Source: Cenarchaeum sp. | GTDB taxonomy: Archaea; Thermoproteota; Nitrososphaeria; Nitrososphaerales; Nitrosopumilaceae | Direction: 5' to 3' | Assembly (NCBI GenBank): GCA_965242695.1 | Contig: CBDESU010000001.1 | Coordinates: 128,001 to 192,000, forward strand | DNA: 64,000 nt | Shown: in pieces, positions 10,601 through 36,900 of the stretch | Layout: each line of letters starts with the position of its first letter | How positions within the stretch are numbered: the stretch's first letter is position 1 | The notes under the pieces: generated by a model | The model's database searches: none | The model's input: the letters and a program-made list of their open reading frames with translations, nothing else | Told to the model about the DNA's origin: nothing | Made by a program: the position numbers and the translations under genes

Positions 10601-13600
10601 CGTCCTTGCCACGTCGAGCCATGCGTACCAATTCGGCGGCGTGCAGCTGATCCGCGTGGATGGCAGCAGCCTTGAGCGCGCGTACTCACTACGCGATGAC
10701 AACGCCTCAGCGCTGGTGCAGGCCGGTGCCCTGCCCAACGAAGGCGCACTTGCACTGCGCAGCGCCCGGGGAGTGGACGTGTTCGAGATGGCCGGCGACG
10801 GCGGCGGCGGCGCGTCCGGCAACCGCACCTACGCCGTCGTAGCCTCGGGGGATGGGATGGGCGCCGTGCAGCTGATCCGCGTGCACGAAAACGGCACGCT
10901 GGCGCCGGCCGACTCGCTGCGCAAGGTCAACAACACCGATCTGGAACTCCAGGGCGCCAAAGGCATAGATGCGTTCAAGACTGCCGGCAACCGCACATAC
11001 GCCATCGTGGCCGGGTACGCCGACAACGGCGTGCAGCTCGTCCGCGTGCACGAAAACGGCACGCTGGGGGCGGCAGGCTGGCTCCGCGACACCCCCGCCC
11101 TGACCCTAGAAAAGCCCAGGGGGGTCCGCGCGTTTGACATGGGCAACCGCACGTACGCAGCCGTGACCTCGGAATTTGACGACGGCGTGCAGCTCGTCCG
11201 CGTGCACGAAAACGGCACGCTCTCCCCGGCCGGGATGGTCGTCGAGGGCCCGGGATTCAGATTCAACACGGCCCACGGCATCGACGTGTTTGCCGCGGGC
11301 AACCACACGTACGCCATCGTGACCTACCAGGACAGATACGAACACGAACGGAGCACTTACTCAAACAACCTCAAAGGCGAAGTCCAGGTGATCCGGCTTT
11401 CGCCGGCGTCCGTGGAGAGCGTATCGACCTCCCTGCCCGACGGCGACGCGTACCGGGAGGGGCACCGGTTCAACGTCACCGTCGGATTTGACCTGCCGGT
11501 CTCCGTCTCTGATCCGCCGCCCTCGCTGGTGCTCTCGCTCGGCGGCGGCGGCGGCGCCGACGGCGGCGGCGGAATCCGCCTTGCCGCGGAATACTTGGAC
11601 GGCGACGGGACGGACTCGCTCGTGTTCAACTACACGGTGGGGCCCGGAGACGAAGCGTTCGGCTCTCTGCGCCACTCGGGCGCCGGCTCCGTGGCAGTGC
11701 TCGGCGACGTGGCAGACGCGCGGGGGAAGGGACCCTCGAACTGGCTGGTGATGCCGCCGTCCAGGGCGACGTGGTCGTGGATCTGATCGACCCCGGCAGG
11801 GGACCAGCGGCCGCCGACCTGGCTCTGCCTGGTCCGCCCACCCTCCTGCGCAATGTCGTACTCGACGGCGTCGCGCCGCGCGTGGTCGGCATCGCCGAGT
11901 CCGATCCAAAGGGCGCTCCGTACAAGAAGGACGACTCGATCGGGATAGCGATCACATTCCACGAGCCCGTCGTGATCTCTGCAGGGGCCACTCCCTCGCT
12001 CCGCCTTGCGCTCGGCGGGGGCGCCACGGCCGCGGCCGCGCTCGACCGCCAGGCCGACGGCGGTCGCACGCTAGTCTTTGCCTATGCGGTGGAGGACGGC
12101 GACATGGCGAGTCCCCTCGACTACGACGGCGCCGGGGCCCTGTCGCTCCCCGACGGCGGGACCATGGAGGATGCGCTCGGCAACGCGGCCGACCTGGCCC
12201 TGCCGTTCGCCAAGGGGCGGGGGCTGCTCGCCGCCGCCGGGATCGAAATCGACACCGAGCCGCCGCGCGTCGTGTCCGTGTCCTCGCCCGACAGAGGCGG
12301 CGCGTACGTAGCGGATGCAAAAATCAACATCACCGTGTCCTTTGGCGAGGACGTCTACGTGACGGGGACGCCGACGCTGGCGCTCTCGACGAGCCCCGCC
12401 AGGAGCGCATTGTACGTCGGGGATGCGGACGGGGGCGCCGATCTCGAGTTCCTCTACACGGTGCAGCCGGGAGACATCGCGGGCAGCCTAGACTATGCGA
12501 GCGCCGACGCGCAGTCCCTAGGAGGCGGCACCATACAGGACGCGGCCGGCAACGACGCCGTACGGAATCTGCCCTCGCGCGGCGGCTCGGACTCGCTCGC
12601 GGCCTCGGGGATATCAATCGACGCCGCGGCGCCCAAGGTGCGGTTGGCCGAGGCCGAGTTTCGGGACCGCATACGCGTCACGTTCGACGGCGGGCCCGTC
12701 TCGTCCGGCAGTACGGACGCCTCGGCCGGCTGGTCGATATCGGGGCCGAGCGCGGGGGGCCTGTCGATAGCCGACTATAGGCCGATACCGCAGGGCGCGC
12801 CGCTCACCGAGATCGTGCTCAAGCTCGACGGACACCTGCCGGACACGGCCCCCGGCATCGTTCTGTCCTACAACGCGAGCATCGGCGGCATCGCCGACGC
12901 GGCCGGCAATGCCGCTGCAAAGCAGGACCGGTATGGCCGTGGCCGACCGCATGCGGCCAGAGTTTGTCGAGGCGCTGATCACGGGGCCGCGCGAGGTCAC
13001 GATCGACTATACCGAGCCTGTCGCGGCATCGCCTGGCGCCTACTCGAATCTTGACATTGGGGGAGTCGTGCGCGCACTGGAGCCGCACGATACCGCGGCC
13101 CTCCGCCAGCACGTGCTCGGCTTTTCCGGCGCCGAGGCGCCCATCCCAGAGCCGCCCAGTACAATAACGATAGACAAGCGCGCCGTGCTCGACGAGGCCG
13201 ATCCTCCGAACTCCCTCGGCGACAACGCCTCCGCCGTGGAGATCCGCGACGGGCGGGTGCTGGAGGTGTACTCGTCAAGGATCACGGATCTAGACACGGC
13301 CGTCATTACGTACACCCGAAACGCCGCGGCGCCTCAGGACGCCTACTCGTCGCTCGTGGTCGCCGGGCAGCCCCGAAACATAACGGATCTGGGCGGGGGC
13401 GGCAGCAGCGGCGGCCACATCCACACGATCACATTCTCGCCGGCCGGCGCGCCGCCGAACGCGACCGGCAGCATCGTCATCAACGGCACTGCCGTCACGT
13501 CGCCGTCGGAGCCCGGCATGCGGCTTGGCGGCGGTACGATCAGGGCCGCTCTGTCCGACGGCCAGTCTCCCTCTGCACTCAGCGCCACGGCCGTCTCGCT

Positions 13601-16163
13601 CGACACCATACGGATCTCATTCGACGAGGCCATACTGGCACCGGGCACGAGCGCCGCCGGCTGGTCCGTGTCGGGAGGCGATGCGGCCGGCATTGCCGTC
13701 GCATCCAGCCGGGATGCCTCGGATCCGTCAAACACGCTCACGCTGACCCTCGACGGCCCCCTGCCAGACACCGCGCCGGACTCGATAACCCTCTCGTACC
13801 ACCCTGCCGCCGGCAGCGTCGAGGATGAGGCAGGCAACGCGCTTGTCGCCTCGTCGACTGCCCTCGTCGACGGGATCGCCCCGGTCGTCAGACATGCCGT
13901 CTTTTCGGGGCCCAACGAGGCCGAAGTACGATACACAGAGCCCGTGTGGGCCTCGCCCGGCGCGTACGCATCCGTCGAGCTGTCCTCGGGCGGGGATCCG
14001 CGCCCCGTTACGGGACTGGTGGGAAACGGGACGGCCATGCACACGGTATCGTTCGGCGGCAATCCCGTGGGCCTGGACGAGACCGGCATGCTAGAGGTGG
14101 ATGCGGCGGCCATTCGGGATGAGGCCATGCTCCCGCTCGGCGAGGACGGCCCGATCGAGCTGGGCGACACCCAGCCGCCGTCGGTCCGCAGCGCCACGGC
14201 CGTCTCACTCGACACCATACGGGTCGTGTTCGACGAGCCCGTGCTGGCGCCGGGCACGGACGCCGCCGGGTGGTCGGTGTCGGGCGGCGATGCGGCCGGC
14301 ATTGCAGTCGCCTCGAGCCAGGACGCTGCAGTGCCGTCGGACTCGCTTACGCTGGCCCTAAGCGGCCCGCTGCCGGACACGGCGCCGGATGGGGTATTGC
14401 TCGTGTACGATCCGGCCGCCGGCAGCGTAGAGGACAGGGCGGGCAACGCGCTTGCCGCCTCGTCGACTGCCGTCGCCGACGGGATTGCCCCCTCGATCGC
14501 ATCGGCCTTTGTCGCGGGGCCCAGCGAGGCCGAGGTACGGTATACGGAGCCCGTGTGGGCCTCGCCCGGCGCGTACGCATCCGTATCGCTGTCCTCGGGC
14601 GGGGATCCGCGCCCCGTTGAGGGGCTGGAGGGGAACGGGACTGCGGCGCACACCGTCTCGTTTGGGGGCGAGGCTGTCGGGCAGGGGACGACCGGCTCGC
14701 TCGTGATGGATGCGACGGCCGTCCGCGATGCGGCCATGCTGCCGATCGGCTCGGACGCGGTGCTCCGGGTCGGACTGGCAGGCGAGGCGCCTGCGGTGGT
14801 GCAGCCCGGCGAGGCCACCGCCAAAGCGGTGTTTGCGGCCCGCAACACCGTATCCATAACGTACTCTGCGCCGCTGGGCCCCCCGGCGGGCCACTCCGGC
14901 CCCGTGTACACCGAGGTTGCGATCAACGGGCAAGGCGGCGGCACGCGCCCCGTGTCGGGCGTAGAGGGGCTGGGAACCGCAATGCACACGGTCGCGTTCG
15001 GCGGGGCCGGCGTGAACGGGAGCCAGACGGGGACGATCGTACTTGCAGTCGGACTAGAGGGGGCGGCCGGCGGCGACAATGGCGACCGGCCGCGGTTCGC
15101 GGCGGGTGCGATACCCGTGTCGTCTGGCAGGACCATTCAGACCGTCCTGCTCTCGCAGCCGCAGCAGGGGCAGGGGCAAATGCCGGTCCGGATCGAGCCC
15201 GACGGCTTTACCCGGACGGTCGACGGGACGGCGGCCGGCAGTTCGGCGCGCCTTGCCATCAACGTGACGGGGCTGGCCCAATCATCGGCCGATCCGGGCA
15301 CGGCCGTGTTCCCCGCCGAGCCGGTCACGCTGGCCGCCTCTTTCGCCCGGGTGACGTTCCCGCCCGGCGTGACCGCAACGTCCGTCCCCGCCGGCGGCGC
15401 AATCTCGCTGTACGTGGACGCCGCTACAGCAGAGAACGCCACCTCTGCACTGGGGTATCCGGCCGCCGGCAGGCTCGTACTGCGGACGATCGTAGAGGTC
15501 GGAGGAAGCCAAGCGCCGGTCCTGTTCGACATGCCCGTCCGAATATCCCTCGAGGGGCAGGCCGGCGGCCGCGCGTTCTACATCGAGGGCGGCGCGGACG
15601 GCGTGGCCAAGCCGATCGACCTGGCATGCGCGGCCGACGACACCGACAGAGTCCACCGCCAGCTCGGCGGCATGGGCGAGTGCAGGATCGAATCGGGCGA
15701 CGACCTGGTCATACACACGTACCACCTGACGCGGTTCGGCACCGTCGCATCCGATCGCGGCACGCCGCCTCCCGTCGTCCACACGTGCTCGCTGCGCCTC
15801 GGCGAGACCGACCTGGCGGTGCCGGCCGCCCCAGGCGCCTATTCCAAGGCCGTGCGCCAGGCCGTGGTCAACTCTGGCTCGCAGCCGTTCGATCGCGTCG
15901 CGCTCGATGCGACCCCGTGGTACATCGACCCCGTCTCGGATGCACCGGACGCGGGCGCGCCGTCCCTGCCGGCCTCGCTTACGGTGTCGAGCGGCACGGG
16001 GCAGGGCGGGCAGTTTGCGCCCCTGCCGGGCGCCGTCGCGGACGGGCTTGGCGGCGGGCAGGAAGAGCCGCTGTGGCTTGCAATCAACCTGACGGGGCAC
16101 GCCCAAGTGAACGGAACGCGGCTCGTGCAGGACGTCGCGTACACGGCAGAGTGCGGCGGCTAG
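7696..16163 (+). CDS. Giant secreted surface/adhesin-like protein 1 (~2820 aa if corrected): leader, variable tip, Ig-like repeats, beta-propeller, SwmB-like repeats, HLT domain, C-terminal domain; three frameshifts
   Basis: ORFs 7696-7884, 7890-11786, 11771-13054 and 12909-16163 join by single-base shifts at G10 (7762-7771), ~11741 and ~12912, guided by the paralogs. Repeats YTVQPGD..LDY..DAAGN and GVQLIRVHENGTL; many NxS/T sequons. Confidence 0.75.
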
Positions 16164-16269
16164 GCGGGGCGGCGGCAGCTGCGGGAGCAACCTCTGCCGT
16201 CCCTGCGGGGAGGCGGCGGATGCGCCGCCTAGGGATGTGGCCTTGACCCACGTTGCCGCACCATCACAC

Positions 16270-16315
16270 TAAATAATACGGGGGCGGGGGGCGCCGCCAA
16301 CGGAGCAGAGGCAAG

Positions 16316-16318
<3 letters not shown>
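16270..16318 (+). promoter_or_regulatory. Promoter of surface protein 2: TAAATAAT box, interrupted G5-C-G6 tract, TTG start
   Basis: Homologous to 7648-7698. Confidence 0.7.
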
Positions 16319-22272
<5,954 letters not shown>

Positions 22273-22306
22273 GCGGGGGCGGGGGCGCCCCCAGCCCGAC
22301 CATCAC

Positions 22307-22379
22307 ACTAAATAATACGGCCGCCCCGACAGACTAAATAATGGGGGGGGGGGGGCGCCGCCAACGGAGCAGTGGCAAG

Positions 22380-22382
<3 letters not shown>
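22307..22382 (+). promoter_or_regulatory. Promoter of surface protein 3: duplicated CTAAATAAT box, G13 tract (22343-22355), TTG start at 22380
   Basis: Homologous to the other two promoters. Confidence 0.7.
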
Positions 22383-31111
<8,729 letters not shown>

Positions 31112-31287
31112 TCCTGGGCGGCCAGCCGGCGGGCGCCAGCCGCCCGCATTCGCAGATGCTCCTCCCTGCCACAACCGATGCGCTGCGGCGGAGCGGGCCG
31201 GGCGCCGCAGCCCGGATCGCGGCCCCGCGCAGGCGCAGGAGCGGGCGGAGCGAAGGGTTTTTAACCAAACCGCAGGCCGCGCGCGCC

Positions 31288-31461
31288 GTGAGCTCAAGCA
31301 AGAAGAAGAAGGGCGCGCCGCTGCCGGCATCTAGCGCCGGACTGCTGCGGTTCTTTGAGGACGAGACGAAGGGGTTCAAGGTGAGCCCAAAGATCGTCAT
31401 TACCATACCGATCGGACTCGTGGTCGGATCGTGGCTCATGGAGATATTCCTGGTACCGTGA
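31288..31461 (+). CDS. secG: Preprotein translocase subunit Sec61beta (SecG)
   Basis: GTG-started 57 aa: KKKKGAPLPASSAGLLRFFEDETKGFKVSPKIV plus a C-terminal TM. TTTTTAA box ~24 nt upstream. Confidence 0.9.
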   Translation: MSSSKKKKGAPLPASSAGLLRFFEDETKGFKVSPKIVITIPIGLVVGSWLMEIFLVP

Positions 31462-31467
31462 GGCCCA

Positions 31468-33432
31468 ATGCCCGAGCCGAGCGACGACGTGTCGGGAATA
31501 CACGGCAGGTACACGCTGACGCTGTTCACGCCGTCGTCGCACTACGTCTCGCTTGCGGCCTCGCTGGCCGTCGCGCTCGGCATAGTCGCCGTCGTCTACG
31601 TCGGGTACCTCGGGGCGCCGGCGTCCGTCGAGTCGCTCCTGGGCGCGGCCGGGCCGCCTGCGATCCTGGCCGCCGCGTTCCTTGCCGCCTCGCAGGCGGC
31701 CGACGCCCGCCTGATCAAGAGGCGCGAGTACTCGAAGGCGCTGCACATGTCCCTGTTCGGAAACCTGGCGTGGCTCCTGGTGTGCCTGGCCGGCCTGGCC
31801 GCGCCGGCCGTCCTGGCCGGGGCCGGCGGAGGCGGGGATGCCGCGCAGCCGCCCCACATGGTGTTCGTCGCGCTCGGCGCGTTCGTGTTCGCCGCCTTCC
31901 GGTACGGGATACTCACGACGACGCTCGGCGCGAGCGAGGCGCGCGCAGGCGCGCTGTGCCTCGTGCAGCCTGCCGGCATGTTCGCCGCCATGTCGTGGCT
32001 GGCCGCGTCGGCGGCGGCTGCTGCGGGAGGGGGCGCCGGCCCCGCGGCGGCCGATGCGGCCGCCGCACGGTGGATGTCTCACCTGTACGACCCGTTCGCC
32101 GCCGCGTTTGGCGCATCGTTCCTTGCGATATCGGTGGTGTGGTCGCGCCTGACGGACCGCGCGGGCCGGCCGGGCGTGCACAGCACGCACCACCTCATAC
32201 AGGCGTACCTGTCCTCGCGCGCGAGCGACTACGACGAGATCGAGCGGATCATCGAGGACCGCTCCAGGCCGTCGGACGTGGCCACTGCGCAGCTGCGCCT
32301 GCGCGCCGATTCGCCGGAGAGGGCGGGATCGCGGCTCCATGGCCCCGCCGGCCCCGACGGGGCATCCGCGTCTGGCGCGGCCGGCGCCGATGCGGCGGCC
32401 GGCGCCGATGCGCGCGACGTCCGGCTGGTCCTGCCCGACATACACCCGGGCCCCTACCACCCGATCGGCGGCAGCAACATACCCTACCTGATCTACGAGC
32501 GCCTCGGCTCGTCGGCAATGGTCATGCACAGCATATCGGACCACGCGCTCAACCTGCCGTCTCGCGGGCAGGTCGAGGCGTACCTGAGCGGCCTTTCGGA
32601 GGGCAGCGCGCCGAGCTGCGGCGGGACGACGTGCACCGAGCCGGTGAGCGTCCAGATAAACCGCGCCCGGGTCGTCGGGCTGCTGTTCGGCAGGAGCCCG
32701 CTCCTGCTCCTCTCGCTCTCGCCGCACGGCATGGAGGACCTGCCTAGCTCGATGAAGTCCGACATAGAGCGGCTCGCATCGGGCCGCGGGCTCGGCCGGC
32801 CCATGGTCGTCGACTGCCACAACGCGATGGGCGACGAGATATCTGCGCCCGACTACGAGGACATGCTAAAGGCGGCCAAGTCGTGCCTCGATGCCCTGCT
32901 CACGAGGGAGGCGCTGCGGCTAGAGTTCGGGTACGCAAACTCGGCGTCGATGCGCGTGTCGGGGCCGGACCTCGGCCTCGGCGGCCTCGGCATGCTGTGC
33001 CTCCGGCTCGGCGGGAGGCGGCACTTTGTCGGGTGGGCCGATGCGAACAACATGGAGAACGGCGTGCGCGAGCACGTGGTGGCCCGGCTCGCCGAGGCCG
33101 GCTACGACCTGCTAGAGGTGTGCACGTCGGACACGCACTACTCGCGGACGACGGTGAGGACGCGGCAGGGGTACTACCAGTTCGGGATCGTCACGGACAG
33201 GGACCGCATAGCGGACTGGTTCCTAGAGCTGGCCCGCCGGTCCGAGGCGGACGTCCGCCCTGCCGCGTTTGAGGTGCTAGAGGCGCGCACGAGCGTGAGG
33301 GTGATGGGGCCGCAGATATTCGAGGACTACAAGAGGGCGCTCGACAGGTCGCTTGCGCTCTCAAAGGCGTTCGCGGCAGGGGGGGCGGCGCTGTTCCTCG
33401 GCGCGCTTGCGGCAGGCGTGCTGCTGGGGTAG
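31468..33432 (+). CDS. DUF2070 family membrane protein
   Basis: N-terminal TM bundle; motifs PDIHPGPY..GGS, MHSISDH, VDCHN, DANNM and TSDTH. Confidence 0.85.
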   Translation: MPEPSDDVSGIHGRYTLTLFTPSSHYVSLAASLAVALGIVAVVYVGYLGAPASVESLLGAAGPPAILAAAFLAASQAADARLIKRREYSKALHMSLFGNLAWLLVCLAGLAAPAVLAGAGGGGDAAQPPHMVFVALGAFVFAAFRYGILTTTLGASEARAGALCLVQPAGMFAAMSWLAASAAAAAGGGAGPAAADAAAARWMSHLYDPFAAAFGASFLAISVVWSRLTDRAGRPGVHSTHHLIQAYLSSRASDYDEIERIIEDRSRPSDVATAQLRLRADSPERAGSRLHGPAGPDGASASGAAGADAAAGADARDVRLVLPDIHPGPYHPIGGSNIPYLIYERLGSSAMVMHSISDHALNLPSRGQVEAYLSGLSEGSAPSCGGTTCTEPVSVQINRARVVGLLFGRSPLLLLSLSPHGMEDLPSSMKSDIERLASGRGLGRPMVVDCHNAMGDEISAPDYEDMLKAAKSCLDALLTREALRLEFGYANSASMRVSGPDLGLGGLGMLCLRLGGRRHFVGWADANNMENGVREHVVARLAEAGYDLLEVCTSDTHYSRTTVRTRQGYYQFGIVTDRDRIADWFLELARRSEADVRPAAFEVLEARTSVRVMGPQIFEDYKRALDRSLALSKAFAAGGAALFLGALAAGVLLG

Positions 33433-33942
33433 GAGGGGAGGGGAGGGGGGCCGCCTGCCGGATGGCGCGGTCCGTACTGGCTGGACGAACCGGCGGCCGT
33501 ACTGGCGAGATGCACACCGGGCGATCGCCGTACTGCACGTCCCGGCTTTCGCATGCCCGGGCGATCGCCACGCTGGGCGTTCTGCCATTGGGCCGGATCG
33601 ATGTGCGGCAGCACTGCCGGCGGTGGCCTCCCCCCTCGCTCCCCGCGCCCGGAGATTACCGTACCGGGCGTCTCGCACACCTTTTCCTGCCAGTGGAGCG
33701 TCCGGCGAGGTGCTGCCCCCCCCGCCCGCCTCTGCGTCCCTACAGCGCTCGCCGACCGCCCGTCACATGGGCGGTGCGCCGTAGCGCTGCTAGGAGGGGG
33801 GGGGGGTGGATACGGCCGCCCGCGCGTGCCCGGTGCCTGCGGCAAGCCCAATGGTTATATTCTACCCAAATTGGGCGCCGGCGTTGAGTTGCAGGGCGCA
33901 GGCTCGGCACGGGCGGCCATACGCGGCCGCCGGTGATGCCGC

Positions 33943-36900
33943 ATGCTGACCACAGCCGGCCGCACGGGGCGCGGCGCGGGGATGATCGTAGCAGTCGCGA
34001 TCGCCGCGGTTGCGATCGCCGGGCTCGCAGCAGCGCCGGATGCGGATGTCGTCCCATGGGCGGCCCATGCGCAGTCGACCCCCACTACGGTGCAGGTTGG
34101 GGCCCTGCTATCCACGAACAACTCTGACTTTGCCGACAACGAGCGGAGGATCGTACTAGTGAAGGCGGTGGAAGACTTCAACGACGCCTATGACGACATT
34201 GACCTAGACCTGAATGTGACCGAGTTCGTGCGCAACGCCACCGATGTGACGACGGCAGAGCCCAGTGCGCTGAGAATGGCGTACGACGGCGGCACCGGCC
34301 CGCGGTTCTACATCGGCCCGACCACAAGCCAGGGGATTACCAACATAAACAACACCGACGACACCCGCGCACTGCTCGAGAACGACGTGCTCTTGATATC
34401 TCCCTCCTCGGAAGCGCCGCAGCTGGCGGCCGACGACAACATATTCCGGCTCGCGTTCAACGTGGCAAGGCAGGGCGACATGCTAGTCGACGAGATGAAG
34501 GCCTCTGGAATAAAGTCGTACATTATGGTGGCGCGCAACGATGCTTGGGGCCAGCAGATCGCAGCTTCCGTCGTCAAGAAGGCAGGCCAGGAGGACCTGG
34601 CAAAGGTCGGAGAACCGATACTGTTCAATATCGACGCGAGCGCGGCCGACTGGAATATCATAAGGGATAGCATCGCGGGAAATGCGAGCACCGTCCCTGC
34701 CGGAGAGGACAGAATAGGTGTATTCTTCTTTGGGTACGACGACGACTACTCGAACATGACTGCCGCCGCCAACGGATCGACACCGATACGCGACAACACG
34801 GCATGGTTTGTACCGTCGACGGTGGGCGTGAATACCATGTCGCGCATTGTAGACGACGCGATGCGCAGCTTTTCGATCGCCGTCGGGCTTACGGCCCTGA
34901 GCCAGGACGTTGCAGACAGCAAAGCAAAGCGGGACATCAACGAGCTCCTGTTCTCCGACAGGAGCCAGAACGCCACGTTCTACGAGTACTCTTCGTACGA
35001 CTCTGTGTTCGTGCTGGGCAACGCTATGAGGATGGCCATGGCGGCCGGCGAGGATGCCAACAACGTGGCGATGGTCAAAAAGTACATTGCGGCCGCGGCT
35101 ATGAACTATACGGGCGCGGCCCTCGGCGACGCCCTGCTGCTCGACGGCAACGGCGATCTTCGCGCACCCGACACGTTTACCGTGCACAAGCTCGACGTAG
35201 ATGGCGAGTGGTCCGACGGCAGCCCCGTGGGCAGCACGGTCACCCGCGTCGGCGCACTGCTCGCCATCGACAACGACGACTATACGGACAACAACGCCCG
35301 AGATGTACTGCTCGAGGCCGCCGCCGACTACAACGCCGCGGCCGGCACTGGATCTCTCGTAAAGCTGATCACGTACGACATTACCGACCCGACAAACTCG
35401 AGCAAGTACGTCGCAAACGACACGCTGACGAGATCCCATGCCGGCGGCGCCGGCCCGTCCGCGTACATTGGGCCGTCCCTGAGCTCGAACGTCGAGCTTG
35501 TTCTGCCATATGCCACCGAAAACAACATTCTGTTGCTCGGCTACGCGTCAGAATCCGAGTCGCTGTCGATGCCGGGCGACAACCTGTTCCGCATGGCCGT
35601 CAGCACCGACCGCCACGGCAAGTTCATGGCCGAGGTCATGAGGGACGCCGGCGTAGAGTCTGTCGTCACCGTAGTGCGAGGCGATTCTTGGGGGATGTCG
35701 CTCAACAAGTCGATCGCCGATGCACTCGCCCCGAACGGCCTGAGCCTGGCCGGCTCGGTAATGTTCGCCGAGGGCAACTCTGACTGGGACTCGACGCTGG
35801 CCGCCCTCTCGACTGCCATCGCCGGCGCCGACGGCAGGGCAGGCGTGGCCTTTGTGGGAACAGAGGGTGAGCAGAACTCGCTTGCGCCCGCCGCACTGGC
35901 CGATTCGGACGCCAGCGGCGTTCAGTGGTTTGTGACTCCGACCGGGTTCTACTCCAACCTGACGGCCGCCGGCGACTTTGCAAAGGCCGTCAACCTGACT
36001 GCGATCGTAATCGACGTAGAGGATAACGCAAAGAAGTCGGCGCTTGACGACAGGGTGGCAGGCGAGCTGAACTTTTACGACTATGCAGCCTACGACAGCC
36101 TGTTCATCTTGGGCAACACCATAGCAGCCGTCGTAGAGTCGGGCAAGACGACGGGCATCATGGCCGACGACCTGCGGCCGCTCGTCCCTGCGCAGGCCGA
36201 CGCGTACGACGGCGTACTCGGCGACATCGCACTCAACTCCAACGGTGACCTCGGCTCGCCCGACCGGTTTGCCGTCTACCAGATCGACCGCACGTCCGGC
36301 GAGTGGACAAAGACGAATGCCACAAAGTCGACTCCGGTCGTCCGCATAGGGGCCCTCTTGGCCATCGACCACGAGGTCTATCCGGACAACTTGGCCCGCG
36401 ACGCGCTGCGCCAGGCCGCCGCGGACTTCAACGCCATGGGAGACGGCGACCGCCCGTTCTACGTGAGCCTGACCACATACGACATTACGGACCCGACAAA
36501 CTCGAGCCAGTACGTAGAGCGCGATGCGCTGATGCGCGCCTACGACGACGGGAACGGCCCGTCGGCGTACATTGGCCCGTCCCTGAGCTCGAACGTAAAG
36601 GATGTCATAGACTACGCCGCCGAGAAAAACATCCTCCTGCTCGGCTACGCGTCAGAGTCCGAGGAGCTGTCGATACCCGGTGACAACCTGTTCCGCATGG
36701 CCGTCAGCGCCGACCGGCACGGCAAGTTCATGGCCGAGATCATGAAGGACGCCGGCGTGCAGTCTGTCGTCACCGTAGTGCGAGGCGATTCTTGGGGGAT
36801 GTCGCTCAACAAGTCGATCGCCGATGCGCTCGCCCCGAACGGCCTGAGCCTGGCCGGCTCGGTAATGTTCGCCGAGGGCAACTCTGACTGGGACTCGACG

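Noticed and set aside
33796-33806. G11 upstream of the Venus-flytrap gene as a phase switch
   Set aside because: It lies upstream of the TATA-like TTATAT (~33854) and outside the CDS; similar runs occur in other intergenic regions.
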